NCBI GenBank assembly: GCA_002104945.1
Contig: MCFH01000048.1
Coordinates: 62,001-126,000, forward strand
Length of the DNA stretch: 64,000 bases
Direction: 5' to 3'
From: Piromyces finnis finn
Lineage: Eukaryota; Fungi; Neocallimastigomycota
Of this stretch, positions 42,801 through 57,945 are shown piece after piece. The position numbers and the translations under genes were made by a program. The notes beneath the pieces were generated by a model. The model was given only the letters and a program-made list of their open reading frames with translations. It made no database searches and was not told the DNA's origin. The first letter of the stretch is position 1; the number at the start of each line of letters is the position of its first letter.

Positions 42801-43669
42801 GCAATAGTTATATTTTGTTCCTCATCACTTTTTTCAATATTTTTATTTGATAGTTTATTAAAACCATTTGTAGTAATGATATTGACATTTGCGCCAGTAT
42901 CATAAAGAATTTTTAAATATTTTCCATCTATATCACCAATTATTAATGGAATATTAGAGTTATTAAAGGAGTACATCACTTTTTCAACTTTAGGTTTACA
43001 TCCTTGTTCTAATTCTTTTCTAAGTGATGGACTAGCAGAAAGTAATTGGGAAAGACTTATTTTTGGATATAAATTATTTGCTTCTTTAATTATACTAAAT
43101 TTATCTTTGGTTTTTAACATTTGTATTTCTGTCATATTTCTTTTTGTGGTTACTTTGGTTTTGACAGAGTTTTTCTTTACTTTTACATCACTTGTTTCAT
43201 TATTATTTTTAAAAGTTTCTTCATTGGTAGAATCATTAGAGTTATTAATTTCAATAGGTTGGATATGTTCTTTTGTATTAGTAACTTCTTCTAAAGGTAT
43301 TTCATTTGTATTATTTTGTTCTTCTTCACTTTCTATTTCTATTTCTTCATTTGGGGTTTCTTCCATAACTTCATCTTTATCTTCACTAATTTTTCTTCTA
43401 CGAGTATCTCTAATAGCCTTCTTTTGTTGTTTTAAATTCCTAATGTTAGGTTGGTTAAGTATTGAGGGTTTGACAATACTTTTATTATTTGGTGATATTT
43501 TATTTTTATCTAATGTTTTAACATTTATTTTCTTCTTTTGAGCCGCATTAATAGAATAATTATTTTCATTAGAGATATTGGAATTTATTTGTGCTTCTTG
43601 TGTATTTTGTGAACTATTTGCAATTTTAGTTTTTATGGGAGATTGCTTACTCCCATTATTTAGTTTAAA
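39818..43669 (-). CDS. pol: Pol (PR-RT-RNaseH-IN), expressed by predicted -1 frameshift from gag; first in-frame ATG at 43366
   Basis: LYDTGA protease, YIDD RT, RTDAS RNase H, HHCC and GLDIVGP integrase, GPY motif; frame open back to the TTTAAAC slippery site. Confidence 0.95.
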   Translation of the reverse strand, partial: FKLNNGSKQSPIKTKIANSSQNTQEAQINSNISNENNYSINAAQKKKINVKTLDKNKISPNNKSIVKPSILNQPNIRNLKQQKKAIRDTRRRKISEDKDEVMEETPNEEIEIESEEEQNNTNEIPLEEVTNTKEHIQPIEINNSNDSTNEETFKNNNETSDVKVKKNSVKTKVTTKRNMTEIQMLKTKDKFSIIKEANNLYPKISLSQLLSASPSLRKELEQGCKPKVEKVMYSFNNSNIPLIIGDIDGKYLKILYDTGANVNIITTNGFNKLSNKNIEKSDEEQNITIANGTTVPTNVFTTLKININNCCTILEKFYIIEQSNPYFDIIFGRGIQKKYRLFIDPDDDYIYQKTKKGLKKITNIINSNDNDANDIPLMNSIIISKEENQEFQDTLKEILNSTPDNIKSKFEHIINKYKNCMATSMSQLTTADLEPHSIITTTNKPIKLKPYKLSKEHADILKSEILSLLDKGLITPSHSPWSFPVLLVQKKNGKWRMCIDYRRLNEITIKDSYALPFIDELISSVNGAKIFSALDLYSGYHQIPMNPNDIEKTAFTTKFGNYNFKVMPFGLTNAPATFQREMNRILLPLIGKCLFVYIDDIVVYSKSPEEHLYHLQQVFEILSKYNLSLNLQKCKFFQEKVEVLGHVLTPNGLKTVPSKVQSIALWNAPRNVNELRSFLGLASYYRKFIQNFSIRASSLFNLLKKDQEYIWSQECNNAFEDIRQCLLSDPILSYPDFNKEFIIRTDASTNGIGAVLLQVEGDKLEHPICCISRTLSTSEKNYSVTDLEGLAIYYAILQFRQYIISNKNPTILITDHKPLLGFYKKNIPSKGRHARWIEEFNKYKIELKYDKGKKNVFADALSRLPSKNSDEIVNCAYAILSDFNPRDLDLPEGIKKYFTKNYQVVDNTLYYKKDELYLKVIYKDEDKKDIISRAHSVGHEGAEKTTNRILKSYYWPGIWNDVRMWVKSCRKCQLCRPKPLPKNTEDNITPIEQPFTRVGLDIVGPLPLTKHGNSYIITLVDYFTKWVEAKAIPNMKSEEVIKFLIEVITRHGPPEIIVTNNGSSFISDITKMMIDLYGSWVHFVSPHHPQSNGMIENRNKEIGKTLRLLIENESEWDEYLPSALWSLRTTKNSKTKFSSFELLYGRRDTWPLEIMFPDIYKDPNETEEEYIFRRFLRHQNWVKQATEYSNHANQYWEHRIGLSKALKKTYKPGDYVMIRLIGRSKLNPYFYGPYKVVNKQKFNTVVLEDPHTGKLLDRNVHIKNIFPYVLPEQNLTSRDEVNS
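43635..43669 (-). other. -1 ribosomal frameshift signal
   Basis: T TTA AAC heptamer at the gag end, spacer, hairpin ATGGGAG-TAAGCAAT-CTCCCAT. Confidence 0.82.
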
Positions 43670-44628
43670 TGATTATATTCGTCATCTAATTCTGGACAAT
43701 CATTCGTAGTATGACCTATTCTTTTACAATTTAAGCAAACATTAATTTTTAGGTCCGCAAGCTTTTGAGTTATTTCTTTTAACTCATCATCATTATTTTG
43801 TGGGTATTTTAAGGTACTTTTTCTTTGCTCAACGTTTTGATTAATATTATTAAATCTTGAATAATTATTGTTATCATTATTGTAGTTATTATTTTGAATA
43901 TTACTATTATAATTATTATTTCTGTAGTTATTAGTATAATTTCTATTATTATAATTTTTAAAACTATTTTGAGTAGTGTTATTGTTATTCATTCGGTTAT
44001 AACTATTAAAATTATTTGAATATGCTCTATCATTATTTCTTTGAGCATTATTATCATTTGGAGACCTTCTAGAATTAATGGAAGTTCTTATTTTTGGTCT
44101 ATTTTCTTCAACTATATTGAAAATTTTCTCTTTCTTAATAGTAATGTTTCTGGCTTCTTCTAAACTTTTTGGTTCAGCTTCTAAAAGTGCTTCGTAAGTT
44201 TTAGTAAGGTTTCTAAAAGCATTAATATAGTAGGACAATATGATTTCATTTGACATTTTTAAGTTTGTTTTATTTATTAAAGAGTCAAATTTAATATTGA
44301 ATTCAGATACACTTTCATTTTTCTTTATTGTAATAGTAGACAATTCTAATAATCTAGAATTCTTTGGTACTGAACCTTTAAAATGACTTTTAAGGTTTTT
44401 GATGATGGTATTATAATCATCTGGTGTTTCTTTATTTAATGCATTAACTACAATTGTTCTAGCTGTACCTGTAGTTAATGATATAAGGTATTCTAACTTT
44501 TCTTGTTCTGGTACCTTATATAAATTACACCAATGTTTAAAAGAAAATTCCCAATCATCAAATTCAACCTTTGTTGAACCCAAAATAGGTATTCTATTAA
44601 AGGTAATACCTTTAGTAGTATTATCCAT
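43660..44628 (-). CDS. gag: Gag, 322 aa
   Basis: Capsid-like region, Asn-rich linker, zinc knuckle CLNCKRIGHTTNDC. Confidence 0.92.
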   Translation of the reverse strand: MDNTTKGITFNRIPILGSTKVEFDDWEFSFKHWCNLYKVPEQEKLEYLISLTTGTARTIVVNALNKETPDDYNTIIKNLKSHFKGSVPKNSRLLELSTITIKKNESVSEFNIKFDSLINKTNLKMSNEIILSYYINAFRNLTKTYEALLEAEPKSLEEARNITIKKEKIFNIVEENRPKIRTSINSRRSPNDNNAQRNNDRAYSNNFNSYNRMNNNNTTQNSFKNYNNRNYTNNYRNNNYNSNIQNNNYNNDNNNYSRFNNINQNVEQRKSTLKYPQNNDDELKEITQKLADLKINVCLNCKRIGHTTNDCPELDDEYNHLN

Positions 44629-45958
44629 TATTACTTTTTATTTTTATTTTATTTAATTTTATTTTAATATTTTATTTAAAAACTCAATTTTTATTTATTC
44701 TCAATAATTTAGTTATAAGAACAATAATATGTTTTTATTTACAACAATCTTTATTTACAATAATTTAGTTATAAGTACAGTAATATGTTTTTATTTACAA
44801 TAGTCTTTATTTACAATAATATAATTTTATTTACAGGTATTTTATTTATTACTGTTATTAATAAAATATAATCTTATATAACGTTTATATAATGTAATAT
44901 AAAAGGAGTAATCGGTTGTTACTTGTAGACACTTGCTTTAGTTTTATTGTAATTAAGAAGATTTTATTTTTTTTGAGAAAATGTTAAGAATATATTTTAT
45001 TTATATTAAGTTATTTATATATTAGTATTGTAAAAAAAAATATTTAATTTAGAGTAGGGTGTTTATTTTTATTTCTTTATTATAAAGCAGAAAATAATAT
45101 TGATTATGTTATTATAGTACCTTCAGAGTACCCGACAGTTTCGTCACCGTGCCTTTCGACCTCCACTAACTAACCGTCATAAATATTAAGTGGTGTAATA
45201 TTTACTTATTAGTTAGCGCTCTACTCCCCCACGATATGTGATAAAACTGCACTCTTACTAACTTACTATAAAACACTTTAATTATCTTAGTAATTAATTA
45301 ACCGAAAAGATAAACAAAAGTTATTTTTCGCTGAAAATTAACTAAAAAGACAACTCAATATTATTGCTTTTATTATTTAAAATTTATAACAATACTCTTA
45401 ATTTTATTTGACCGATGATTATATTTTATAATTTTTATTAAATAATTTTTATCTTTAATTTATAAATTATAATTATTAATTTATAATTATAATTTATGTA
45501 TTTCTTTTTCTTTTAAAAAAAATAATTAAATATAAAACTTTATTTACAGGATTTATTTTTCGCTTTTTAGTGCCTTACAACAATTTAATTAACCGGCAAA
45601 AGCTACTAACTAGAGGTGATATACTAGACCTCAAAATAAATTTAAACTATATATTTTTATGTCGCTTTACCTTCACGACAAACCTTTAGCCTTCGGTGAC
45701 TAAAGTTCCTTATTCGCCAGAGTTCACAAAAGTATTCAACTTGAGAGTCCTGTATTGCGTGCTTTTTATCACACTAACAATCCCTTCCCCCAAGTAAGCG
45801 TGCTATTCACACTCGTCCTACTTTTACAAATACTTCAGTGATTAACAGCTATAGTTTCTAACCAACTGAAACTAGTTAATTATACACTGAAACTCTGTAT
45901 ATGAGCTCTATACGCTCCTAGTATATTTTTACAAGTATTTTTATTTATAAAGTTTTAT

Positions 45959-45989
<31 letters not shown>

Positions 45990-46179
45990 TTTGGTTTGTT
46001 TGGTGTATATATATTTTTTATATATATATACTTAAATCTTTATTTATTATTATTTTGATTTATTTTTATTATATATTTATTTTTATGTATATATACCTAT
46101 TTTATTATTATAATTAATTCTTTCAACTATCTTATTTATAATATTATCAATCTATTTATCTAATAATTTTTCTATACTA

Positions 46180-46211
<32 letters not shown>

Positions 46212-46574
46212 CTTTTCTTATTTAAAATATCTATATATTTTATCTAATATATAATGTTTATATATCAATTTACTATATTAATACTATACTATTAAGTATT
46301 ATAATTTATTTATTTTATTTTAATATTGATTTAATAATATTTAAATAATATTTCAATATTGAATATTGATTTATTATTTTAATATTATTTTATTATTTAA
46401 TAAGTTATAATTTCTAAATAGATAAAATATTGAGAATATCTAGCTAACTATTCTATTAACTATCTATTCTATACTATTATAACTTGATTATTTAATTAAT
46501 TTCATAGAATATTTTACTATTCTATATGAAATTTTTATATAAAGAAAATTTATATATTTACCTTATTTTGATTC

Positions 46575-46591
46575 TCCGGTTCGAAGGACCA
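46575..46591 (-). promoter_or_regulatory. primer binding site complementary to the tRNA-Tyr 3' end
   Basis: TGGTCCTTCGAACCGGA, 1 nt from the LTR end; eukaryotic tRNA-Tyr typically ends ...TCCGG(C/T)TCGAAGGA-CCA. Confidence 0.75.
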
Positions 46592-47399
46592 TTGATATAA
46601 TTTGATAATAATCTTAATTTTGAATTTTACTTCAAAAAGTGATTATTATATTATATCTTTTGTTATAACTATATAAGTTATATTGATTAAGATTTAAAAT
46701 CGTTTTTATAAAAATTAATAAAATTGTTTTGTTAAAACACTAAATTGTTTTATTAGAAACACTTGTTTTTCTAATATTTAAATATTTAAAATTTTATTTA
46801 TTTAAGTATAAAAGTGATTATTAAAATTATAAAATATTAATCTAACTATATAATATTTCTTTATTAATAATAATAATGATTAAAATAAGAATATTTACAT
46901 GTATTTATATTTTCTTTTAGATTTAAACTATTTACATTAAAACAATAAAATTAATAACTATTTACAATAAAAGTAATTAGAAATAACAATAAAAGAAATA
47001 ATTAAAAGTTAAAGAATATAAAAAGTTGTTTATTTTACAATTAATTAAAGTAATAATTATTTTTAATGTTTTAATAAAGGTGTTTAATTATTTTATAACA
47101 TGAATTATTATATTTGTTTACTTTTAAAGTGTAATTTACTAACGAAGTTATTAATTATTTAATTTAACAATTAATTTAACAAAAGTTATATATTTTGATC
47201 TCGATTAATTAAAGTTTATTATTTTCTTTCAATAATCAAAACATATGCAGTGTTTAGGATTAATTTTATTTAAGAATTTTGGTAAAGTACTTAATTAAAC
47301 TATAACTTGTTTTAAGTTACTTTTAGGGTTAACTTAAAAATCCGGTTTAATAATAATTTTATATTTATTAATTTTATTATTTATCAAAAGGTAAAGAAA

Positions 47400-47471
47400 G
47401 GAGGGTTGGCGCAACGGTAGCGCGTCCGCCTCCAGAGCGGAAGGTTGGGTGTTCGAATCACTCACTCTCCA
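47400..47471 (+). tRNA. tRNA-Trp(CCA), copy 3
   Basis: Intact cloverleaf, TTTT terminator; LTR A ends 13 nt upstream. Confidence 0.95.
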
Positions 47472-48058
47472 TTTTGTTTTTATTTCTTATTTACTATTAT
47501 AGTTAGGTTAAAACATCTTTTAAAAGATATCTTCTAAAATATTAAGATATATCTTAAAAAAAAGCATTTTATCATCGATGATACCTAAAGCTATATTGTA
47601 ATATATCAAAAAAACAAAAAAAATAAAGTAAAAAATGATGATAAAACTTAATAAAATAATATTAATGTCTCATAATTTTTATCATTAATAATTAATAATA
47701 TGCTATTATATATAAAGGAAATTTGATATATTTTTATTAATGATAATTTATAATTTATTATTTCAGTTTATTAATTATTATTATTATTACTATTAAATTT
47801 TTTTTTTGACATATTCTTCAGCCATTTAAACTTTTAAAGGTAAATATTTTAAATAAATTAAAAAAAAAAAAAAAAAAACAATGCTAGTATAAATATCCTA
47901 AACAAAATAATTACATTCTATTCTATTTTTATTAATAATGAAAAACAAGTTATTAGTAATTAATTTATATTATTATTATTTATTAGATTTTAGATACAAA
48001 TACTATCACTTTCTATATTTAATGATAGAATTAAGATAATATTTCCACTGTACCAAAA

Positions 48059-48720
48059 TGTAGTAATTTTTTATAATAATTAAAAGAAATTACTATAATA
48101 TAATATTAATTATCAATATTGTAGTAATATAATAATATACTATAATAATTTGATAAAGAATTAGAATAAAGAACTAAAAAACTAAAATACTTATCGAGTT
48201 TATTATAAAGATTTATAATAAACAACCAGCACAAAGAGTTAAATAAAGTTTGTTTGAGATTATCAAGTAATTATTTTTAATTATTAATTATTGTTTATTA
48301 GAAAATTTTTTTTGTTTTATTATTTTAAAGAAAATAAGAAATGTATTTGTGGGGTATTTATTATAATTTATTCTTTTATGATAATAACTCTTGGATTTCA
48401 AGAGGGTTCTATTTATATTTTCATTAAAAAATAAGATTAATTAAATGTGTTCTAATATTAACAAATGAAATGTTTAGGAAGACTAGAAGATACATGATTT
48501 TCGGTCAATATTCTAGTCATATTGATCATCGTATAAATTAAGTCAAACCGAATGCTTTCTTAAGACGCAATCGGAAAAAACCTTAAAGTATCGATTCCTA
48601 TTTTATCCATAATACAATAATTAAAATATAAATAAATATGTAATTACTTATTTTTTAAAATGATAAATATAATTAATATTAATTATAATAATTAAATATA
48701 TAAAATAATAATATGTAAAT
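48059..48720 (-). mobile_element. partial solo LTR N
   Basis: Reverse complement of about 6820-7444; then joins an E tail ending at 48849. Confidence 0.72.
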
Positions 48721-48854
48721 TATAAAGTAATAAAACTATCTAAATTATGAAAATAAATTAAATTTGTACAATAGCTGTCGAGATAAAACAATATAAGGTA
48801 ACGAAGAAGTAGTTTTAAAAGTTGTAATATAACTACCAATCCGTTATCAAAAAA

Positions 48855-50510
48855 TGATGCGTTGACCAATATATTTTTGAATAATATAATATTTTTAATA
48901 AATAATAAATTCTAAGATTTAGATGAAACAATAAATTTAAAATAAAATGCGTTTTATAATTAACAAATAAATCACTCAAAACTCGAAAATAAACTCTTTT
49001 ATTATATTTAAATTATCTCTTTATTATATTTTATAATTTATTTATTGTCTTTTTATTCTCTATTTATTGTCCCCTTTTTATAAAGAAGAATTTTATCTTC
49101 CTTTTATGCATTTTCGTTTATTTCATGCATTATTATTGTTAACTATTAAATATTATTATTACTATTGTCATCATTTATTTAAATTAAAAAAAATAAATTG
49201 AAATTATGTTTTAGTATCATAAAATATTATAGAGTATTACTTATTTGATTTTCTTATTACTTCAAAATGTTTAAATTTAGAAAAATTATTATAAATTATC
49301 ATTGACTATCATTAAATGTATAATACTTTGAATAAAATAATTAAAATTTAAAATTAAAATGAAATTAAAATAAAATTAAAATAAAATTAAGACAAAATTA
49401 AAATATTAAAAGTATCAATTATTATAAGCATACATTTTATACAAAAACATAAAAGAGTTCTGTATTTTATCTTAAAATCGTTATTATTATTCTATTTCCA
49501 GGTTTTAAGTTTATCATTTTAGTAATAATTTCTCAATTAGTTATTTATTAATTTATAAGTATAAGTTTAAAAGAATTTCTAAGGAATACTTAGATAAAAC
49601 ACTAGAATTAATAATTTGATGTATACCATTTTATTTTTAGTTTGTTTATTCATTTTTATTTATTTATTTATTATTATTTTATTATTTTAATACATTATTG
49701 GATTAAGTCGTTTTATTTTATTTAATAATTTATTTTATTATTATCACTATTAGGTCGTTTTTACTCAGAATTTATTATATAATAAAGAGAATATTATTTA
49801 TTTAAGAAAGGGTTATATCTTCATAAAATTATTATTCATTCATTTTTAAGAGTTTTTTTTTTTTTTTTTTTTTAACTTCCGAGTGCATTTCTCCCATCGA
49901 TCAGAGTTAGCTCCAATGGTGGTTCTTAGAGAAACGTTGGCTCATTCCTATTGCTAGGTGGTTGTGACCCTCCTGGTCTGTCATACTGTTTCTTCAGCTT
50001 CGACGCTCACTTAATCCATGTACATTAGATGCATGTCGTTGTACGATATTTCACAACTACAATGCTAAGCCTCTTATAGTCAATTTGATCACGTGTCAAC
50101 CGCCCCCTAATGTTTACACTTAAATTGATTAAGGAATATTATGTGTTTTTGGCATAGCCTAAGTCACCACTTATTAAGTTCTAATTTGGAATGTACCATG
50201 TACACTAGACCCTCTCAGGCCGGCTAGACGAGTGTTATTATCATAGTAGTAAATTAGAAAGTTCATTTATACTTACCTGAATATCATAACCCAACCCATG
50301 GCAAACCCAGTGGGAAAATCCACAGGCACTGACATCTGCGGGGTCGAACCAGAAGCCTTATGTATGCTAAGGAAACGCCTTAACAACCAGGATAAAAACT
50401 GGAACGACTTTTTAAGAGTTATTATCATTTATTTTTATTATAAGTTATTATAGATTAAGTCGTGTTTATTCAGCTAGTTTTTATTATGTTTTTATATGAG
50501 TAGTGTATCA
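48855..50510. mobile_element. module P carrying a SINE-like insertion
   Basis: Colinear with 24658-25723 apart from 49855-50420. Confidence 0.82.
49855..50408 (-). mobile_element. tRNA-derived SINE-like retroposon (about 554 bp)
   Basis: Poly(A) tail (21 T on +), 12-bp TSD TTTTTAAGAGTT, 5' head with TTAGCAT anticodon-like loop and B-box GGTTCGACCC. Confidence 0.78.
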
Positions 50511-50589
50511 AAAATGATAACGTATTGGTAATTATATTACACTACTTCTTCGTTATCTTATATTGTTTTATCTCGACAGTTATTTACAA

Positions 50590-51125
50590 TGTAACTTTTT
50601 CTCTTTGTTAACCTTATTAATAAAATTATTTATTAATTAAATTTATTTCATAATTTATATTTAAATAGTATTTTATTTTATATTTAAATAATATTTATAT
50701 AATATTTAATATGTATTATTGTAGTAAATAATATTATTAATTATTAACCAATAATAGTTAATATAGATTAATAATATTATAAAAGAAAACATGTAAACAA
50801 ACACTAACACTTTAGTGTTAGTATTAAAAATTAAAGTAAAATAATATAATAAATAATTAATAATAAAGAATAACTATATTTAAAATAGTTAAAGATACTT
50901 TATATTAGTAAGAGAAATAAAGCGAATAAACATTTATTATTATATATAACTAAATTGTTTTATTCATTATTTAATTACTAATTTCTTTATAAATTTTAAT
51001 ATAAAAACATTATTTATAATATTAGCTCGTATGAGAGGTTGTTATTTATTTATTATTATAATATTTTTATATAAAATAATATATAAATCTATCCATCTTA
51101 TATTAAATATAATAAACCTTTTACA
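50590..51125. mobile_element. solo LTR-like module V (D-related)
   Basis: TGTAAC...AAACCTTTTACA; shares end and internal motifs with D. Confidence 0.65.
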
Positions 51126-51129
51126 AGTA

Positions 51130-51720
51130 TGTCACAATAACATAAAAATTTAAGAAATTTGGACACATGGAAAAAATTAAAATTTTTTTAAAATTTTATT
51201 GTTAAAAATTTTATTTTAAATTTATTAACTATTTACAATAATTATATTAATTATTAATTTATAAAAATTAAATATTTTATAATTAAGCAATAATTAATTA
51301 AAATTAAAAATGTAATTATTAAAATTGTTCATGTATAAAAAGAACAAAAATTGAAAAAAATTACATAGCTTGAGCGTGTATAAAAAGAACAAAAATTGAC
51401 AAAAATTACATAGCTTGAGCGTGTATAAAAAGAACAAAAATTGACAAAAATTACATAGCTTGAGCGTTAGTAATTTTTTAACTTAAAGTTAATAAAATTT
51501 ATAAACTCCTATAAAACCTAAAATTTTAAAAATTTTAATATTTTTAATAACTTAATATATGCTGATATTAAGTTATTACTAAAATAAAAATATTATTTAA
51601 TTTTCTTTATATAAATATTATTAGCTTTACGCCTTCAATAGGAAAGCGTATTATATTTGTTAATTAATATAACTAGTGTGCTTACCACACTTTTCTTTAA
51701 TAAAAAATCGCTTTTTGACA
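51130..51720. mobile_element. solo LTR-like module W with 3x45-bp tandem (51331-51465)
   Basis: TGTCA...TGACA terminal inverted repeat. Confidence 0.65.
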
Positions 51721-51721
51721 A

Positions 51722-52507
51722 TGTAATAATTATTACATATTTAATAATAATTATTATCTACATTATAATAATACAAATCGTAATATGTATTATTAAATTG
51801 AGAAGTTTCATAATAGTAAATAAAAATGAATACTTATCTTAAAGAGTTTATTATAAGTGAATTATAATAAAAAACACAAAATATTAAGACTATCTTTAAT
51901 TTAAATATTTTTTATGAATATAGTTTTGAAAGGGTTATTTATTATAATTGTCTTAAAATAATAACTCTGGATTCTTTAGTGGAATTCCAGAGTTCTTATA
52001 TTTATAATTTTTTGATAATTTAAAGTTTAATAAAGAATTTCTAATCTTAACAAATAATCTTTTTAGGAAAAGACTAGAAGAAAAACCTAAAAAGATATTC
52101 GATTGATAACTAATATATCAATCATCGTAATATTAAGTAAAACCGATTAAAATTCGGAAAAACCTTAATATCCGATTGTCCTAATATATATTTATATTTT
52201 CTAATTGTTTCTATAAGTTATTTCAAGATACGATACATAAATATAAAATACAAACGTAAAATAAAATATATAATGCTTCTTATAAAATGTAATACAAAAA
52301 TTATTAATTAAAAAATAAATAAATGTTTACTATTATTTTAAATAGATTACTAAATTAAATAAATAAATAATTAATATAGTAATTAAATAAATTTTAAATT
52401 AAGTAAATGAATAATTAATATCAATATAGATAAATGTTTATAGTAATTTAAATGAATGTATGCTAATAGTTTAAATAAATAATTAATTTAATAATTAAAA
52501 AATAATT
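51722..52507 (-). mobile_element. partial solo LTR H
   Basis: Reverse complement of about 10493-11272. Confidence 0.75.
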
Positions 52508-53541
52508 TGTAAAAGTTTTATTAAACTTATAATTTAATATTAAATTATTAAATTAAATAAAAGATTAAAGATAACTAGGTTAGAAAAAATGTTTTATTAA
52601 AATAATCTTAATTGTTCTATAAATGAATAATTAAATTATGTATTATGGTTAAAATAATTTCTTTTATTTTATTTGAAGAATATATATAATAATAAGATTA
52701 TTTAATAGTAATACTTATTAAGTATTAATAAGGTAATAATCTTTACAAAGATTTAATTCATAAAACTATTCTAAACTATTTATACTATTTGTAATTTTAC
52801 ATTTAATACTAAAATAACTTTTTAGTACATGATTATATTCATATATTCATAATATATTTTATAATACTAAGGCTAAACTTAAGACTTATTACTAATTATT
52901 AAAAATAACTATTGTTTATATATTTATAATATTAATTATTTCTTAATTATAATATAATTCATTGAATATAATATTAATAATTATAATCTTTTAATTCAAA
53001 GATTATAAGTTATGTTATTGAAATAATTATTATAAAATAAAGTTAATTAATTCCGGGAAATAATTTTAATTTAATTAAAACAATAATTTATATCCTTTTG
53101 GGTAAATGATTTATGTTCAATACATCAGGGGTGATCATTCTCTGAATAAACAATTAATCATTACTAACAAAATATCTTTAAATTGGAATATCTCGTGAAC
53201 CAGCAGAGATATTGACCTGATTTTAAGATATGTTATTCATCTCGAGTGTGGCTTTCTAACGAACCCACAATCTCCCAACCATAATTTCCCAAAAATCACC
53301 ATTCGTTAAGGAGATACGCGTATTTTTCCTTATTTAATTTTAACGATAAGGGTTAAAGTTATTTGTTATAAAATATTAAGGGTTAAGGTCATATCTTAAC
53401 CTTTTCTAAATTTTTTAAATATTTCTTAATATAATTTTATAATTTATTTGAAAATAAAATATTATTGATTTTGAAATTTTATAAGTAATTTCACAATTTC
53501 AAGTGATCTTGAAATTGCAGATTCCACTAGTATTCGTGACA
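52508..53541. mobile_element. module S, second copy, with non-matching flanks
   Basis: Left flank is H; right flank is a 51-nt B-type U5 tail (53542-53592). Confidence 0.82.
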
Positions 53542-53595
53542 CACTTTCTATAGTAAAATATAGAATTAAGATAATATTTTTCTATTGTATCAAAA

Positions 53596-54868
53596 TGTAA
53601 TAATTTTATTATATGCATTAATATTTCACATAATAAAATTATTAGCTACATTTTAACACTAATTGTTAAAATAAGATAATGATAAGGAAACTATTTATTA
53701 AAATAAAAAAAATATACTTATCGAGTTTATTATAAGAGCCTATAAATAACGTTTGTGTTAGGGTTTAAAATATTTTTTATTATAAGAATGTTTTATTAAT
53801 GTTAAAAGTGTTTCAATTTATTTATGTTATTTATTATAATTTCTTATAATAATAACTCTTGATTTTCAAATGAAACTCAAGAGGTCTTTTTATATAAAAA
53901 CTTAAAGAATAAAAGAAAGTTCTAATCTTAATAAATTTCTTTTCTAGAAAAAGATTAGAAGAAAAAACTAAAAAAGTTTCGATTGATAATCTATTCTTAT
54001 CAATCATCGTATTATTAGATAAAACCGAATGGATTCGGAAAAATTCTAATAATCGATTTTTTCTAAATACAATAATTTACATTACATTTAAAATACATTA
54101 TGTATTATAATAAAATTTAATAAAATTTAATAAAATATTAAAGGTTAAATAAAAAATATAATAAATTAATTTTAATATGTCAAGAGTTAGAGTGGATTTA
54201 GAACTATAATTAAGTCTACTAGGTTAGGATAGGCTTAATTATATAGTAAATAATAAATTTTTATAAATAAAAGAGTAATAAATATAGTTTTTTAAGAAAT
54301 ATTTTATTTAATTTTTATAATATAAGTAAATGATAATTATTAATTTTAAATATTGAATTTACTATATAAAAATGAGTATAATAATCTCACAAAGAACTTC
54401 TTAAAGTTGTTCTTTGTTCAACTTATTTATACTTTCATTTTTAATATAATGTTGATATTAATAAAGTATAATAATAATATAATTTAAGTTATGCATGTAT
54501 AATAATATAAATATAAATATTAATAAAATATAATAATAATAATAATATAATTTTCTTTAAATATCGATATTAATAAGTTGTTAAAAATAATATTAATAAT
54601 TATTTAAATGAATCTTATTTTACTAATTGGTTTGTTTAATATTAATTAATTGTTACACTATTTATCTCCGGATAATAAATAGCTTTCCAATTAATATTTA
54701 TATTAAATAAACTATTATTAGTAAAATATTATTAAATTAATATTTTAATTAATTTAACTAATAATTCAAAATTATGAAATTTCATGAAATGTCAAATTTC
54801 ATGAATTGTGATTTTGACATAATAAGAAATATAGATTATTTATTATAAAATAAATCTAATTTCTTACA
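53596..54868 (-). mobile_element. solo LTR Y (L-related) interrupted by Z
   Basis: TGTAATAA...TTTCTTACA; shared blocks with N/H/X/L. Confidence 0.7.
54178..54819. mobile_element. solo LTR-like module Z
   Basis: TGTCAAGA...TTTTGACA, 5-bp TSD TAATA. Confidence 0.8.
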
Positions 54869-54874
54869 GAAAAA

Positions 54875-57356
<2,482 letters not shown>

Positions 57357-57364
57357 AAAAAAAT

Positions 57365-57859
57365 TGTAAAAGGTTTTTTATATTATTAGTTAATAGGTTA
57401 TTAATTAGTTAATTAAGTTAGTTATTACCTCTCTATACGAGTTAATAACTAAATAAAGTTTTATAAAAAATAATAAAAGAAAGAAAATAAATATTATAAC
57501 ACTAAAATAAATATAAACACTTATATAAATATTTTATGAAATAACTTTTACTTAAATAATTATATTTTAATTATATCTTTTATTTATTAATTATAATTAT
57601 CTACATTAATTATTATTATAGTTATTAATTTACTTTAATACTAACGCTAAAGTATTTAGCGTTAGTTTTGACTATACTATTTAACTATATGAGTTTATTT
57701 TCTTTACCACTTGATTGGGTAAAGCAAATAAACTTCCTATTTAATTAATAACCATTAATATATGGTTATGCATATATTTGGCCAATAAATGGTGACCAGA
57801 ATATATGGTTTCAATTGAAATATTTGTGGGCAAACTTATGGCCACAAATATTTCTTACA
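57365..57859. mobile_element. module D, inverted relative to 22607, 12 nt upstream of tRNA-Arg
   Basis: 5-bp TSD AAAAT. Confidence 0.85.
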
Positions 57860-57871
57860 AAAATCATAGAA

Positions 57872-57945
57872 GCTCGCGTAGCCTAATTGGATAGGGCGTC
57901 AGACTTCTAATCTGAAGATTGCGGGTTCGAGTCCCGCCGTGAGTG
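57872..57945 (+). tRNA. tRNA-Arg(TCT), copy 3
   Basis: Identical cloverleaf; downstream flank is the reverse complement of about 18880-19610. Confidence 0.95.

Larger units (their letters stand above)
39011..47386 (-). mobile_element. near-intact Ty3/gypsy retrotransposon, family A (8376 bp)
   Basis: 794-bp LTRs 46593-47386 and 39011-39804 with about 5 differences, AAAG TSD, PBS, PPT, gag and pol. Confidence 0.96.

Noticed and set aside
45120-45190. Possible hammerhead ribozyme (GACGAAAC on -) in the element A leader
   Set aside because: No CTGANGA core with suitable stems could be found
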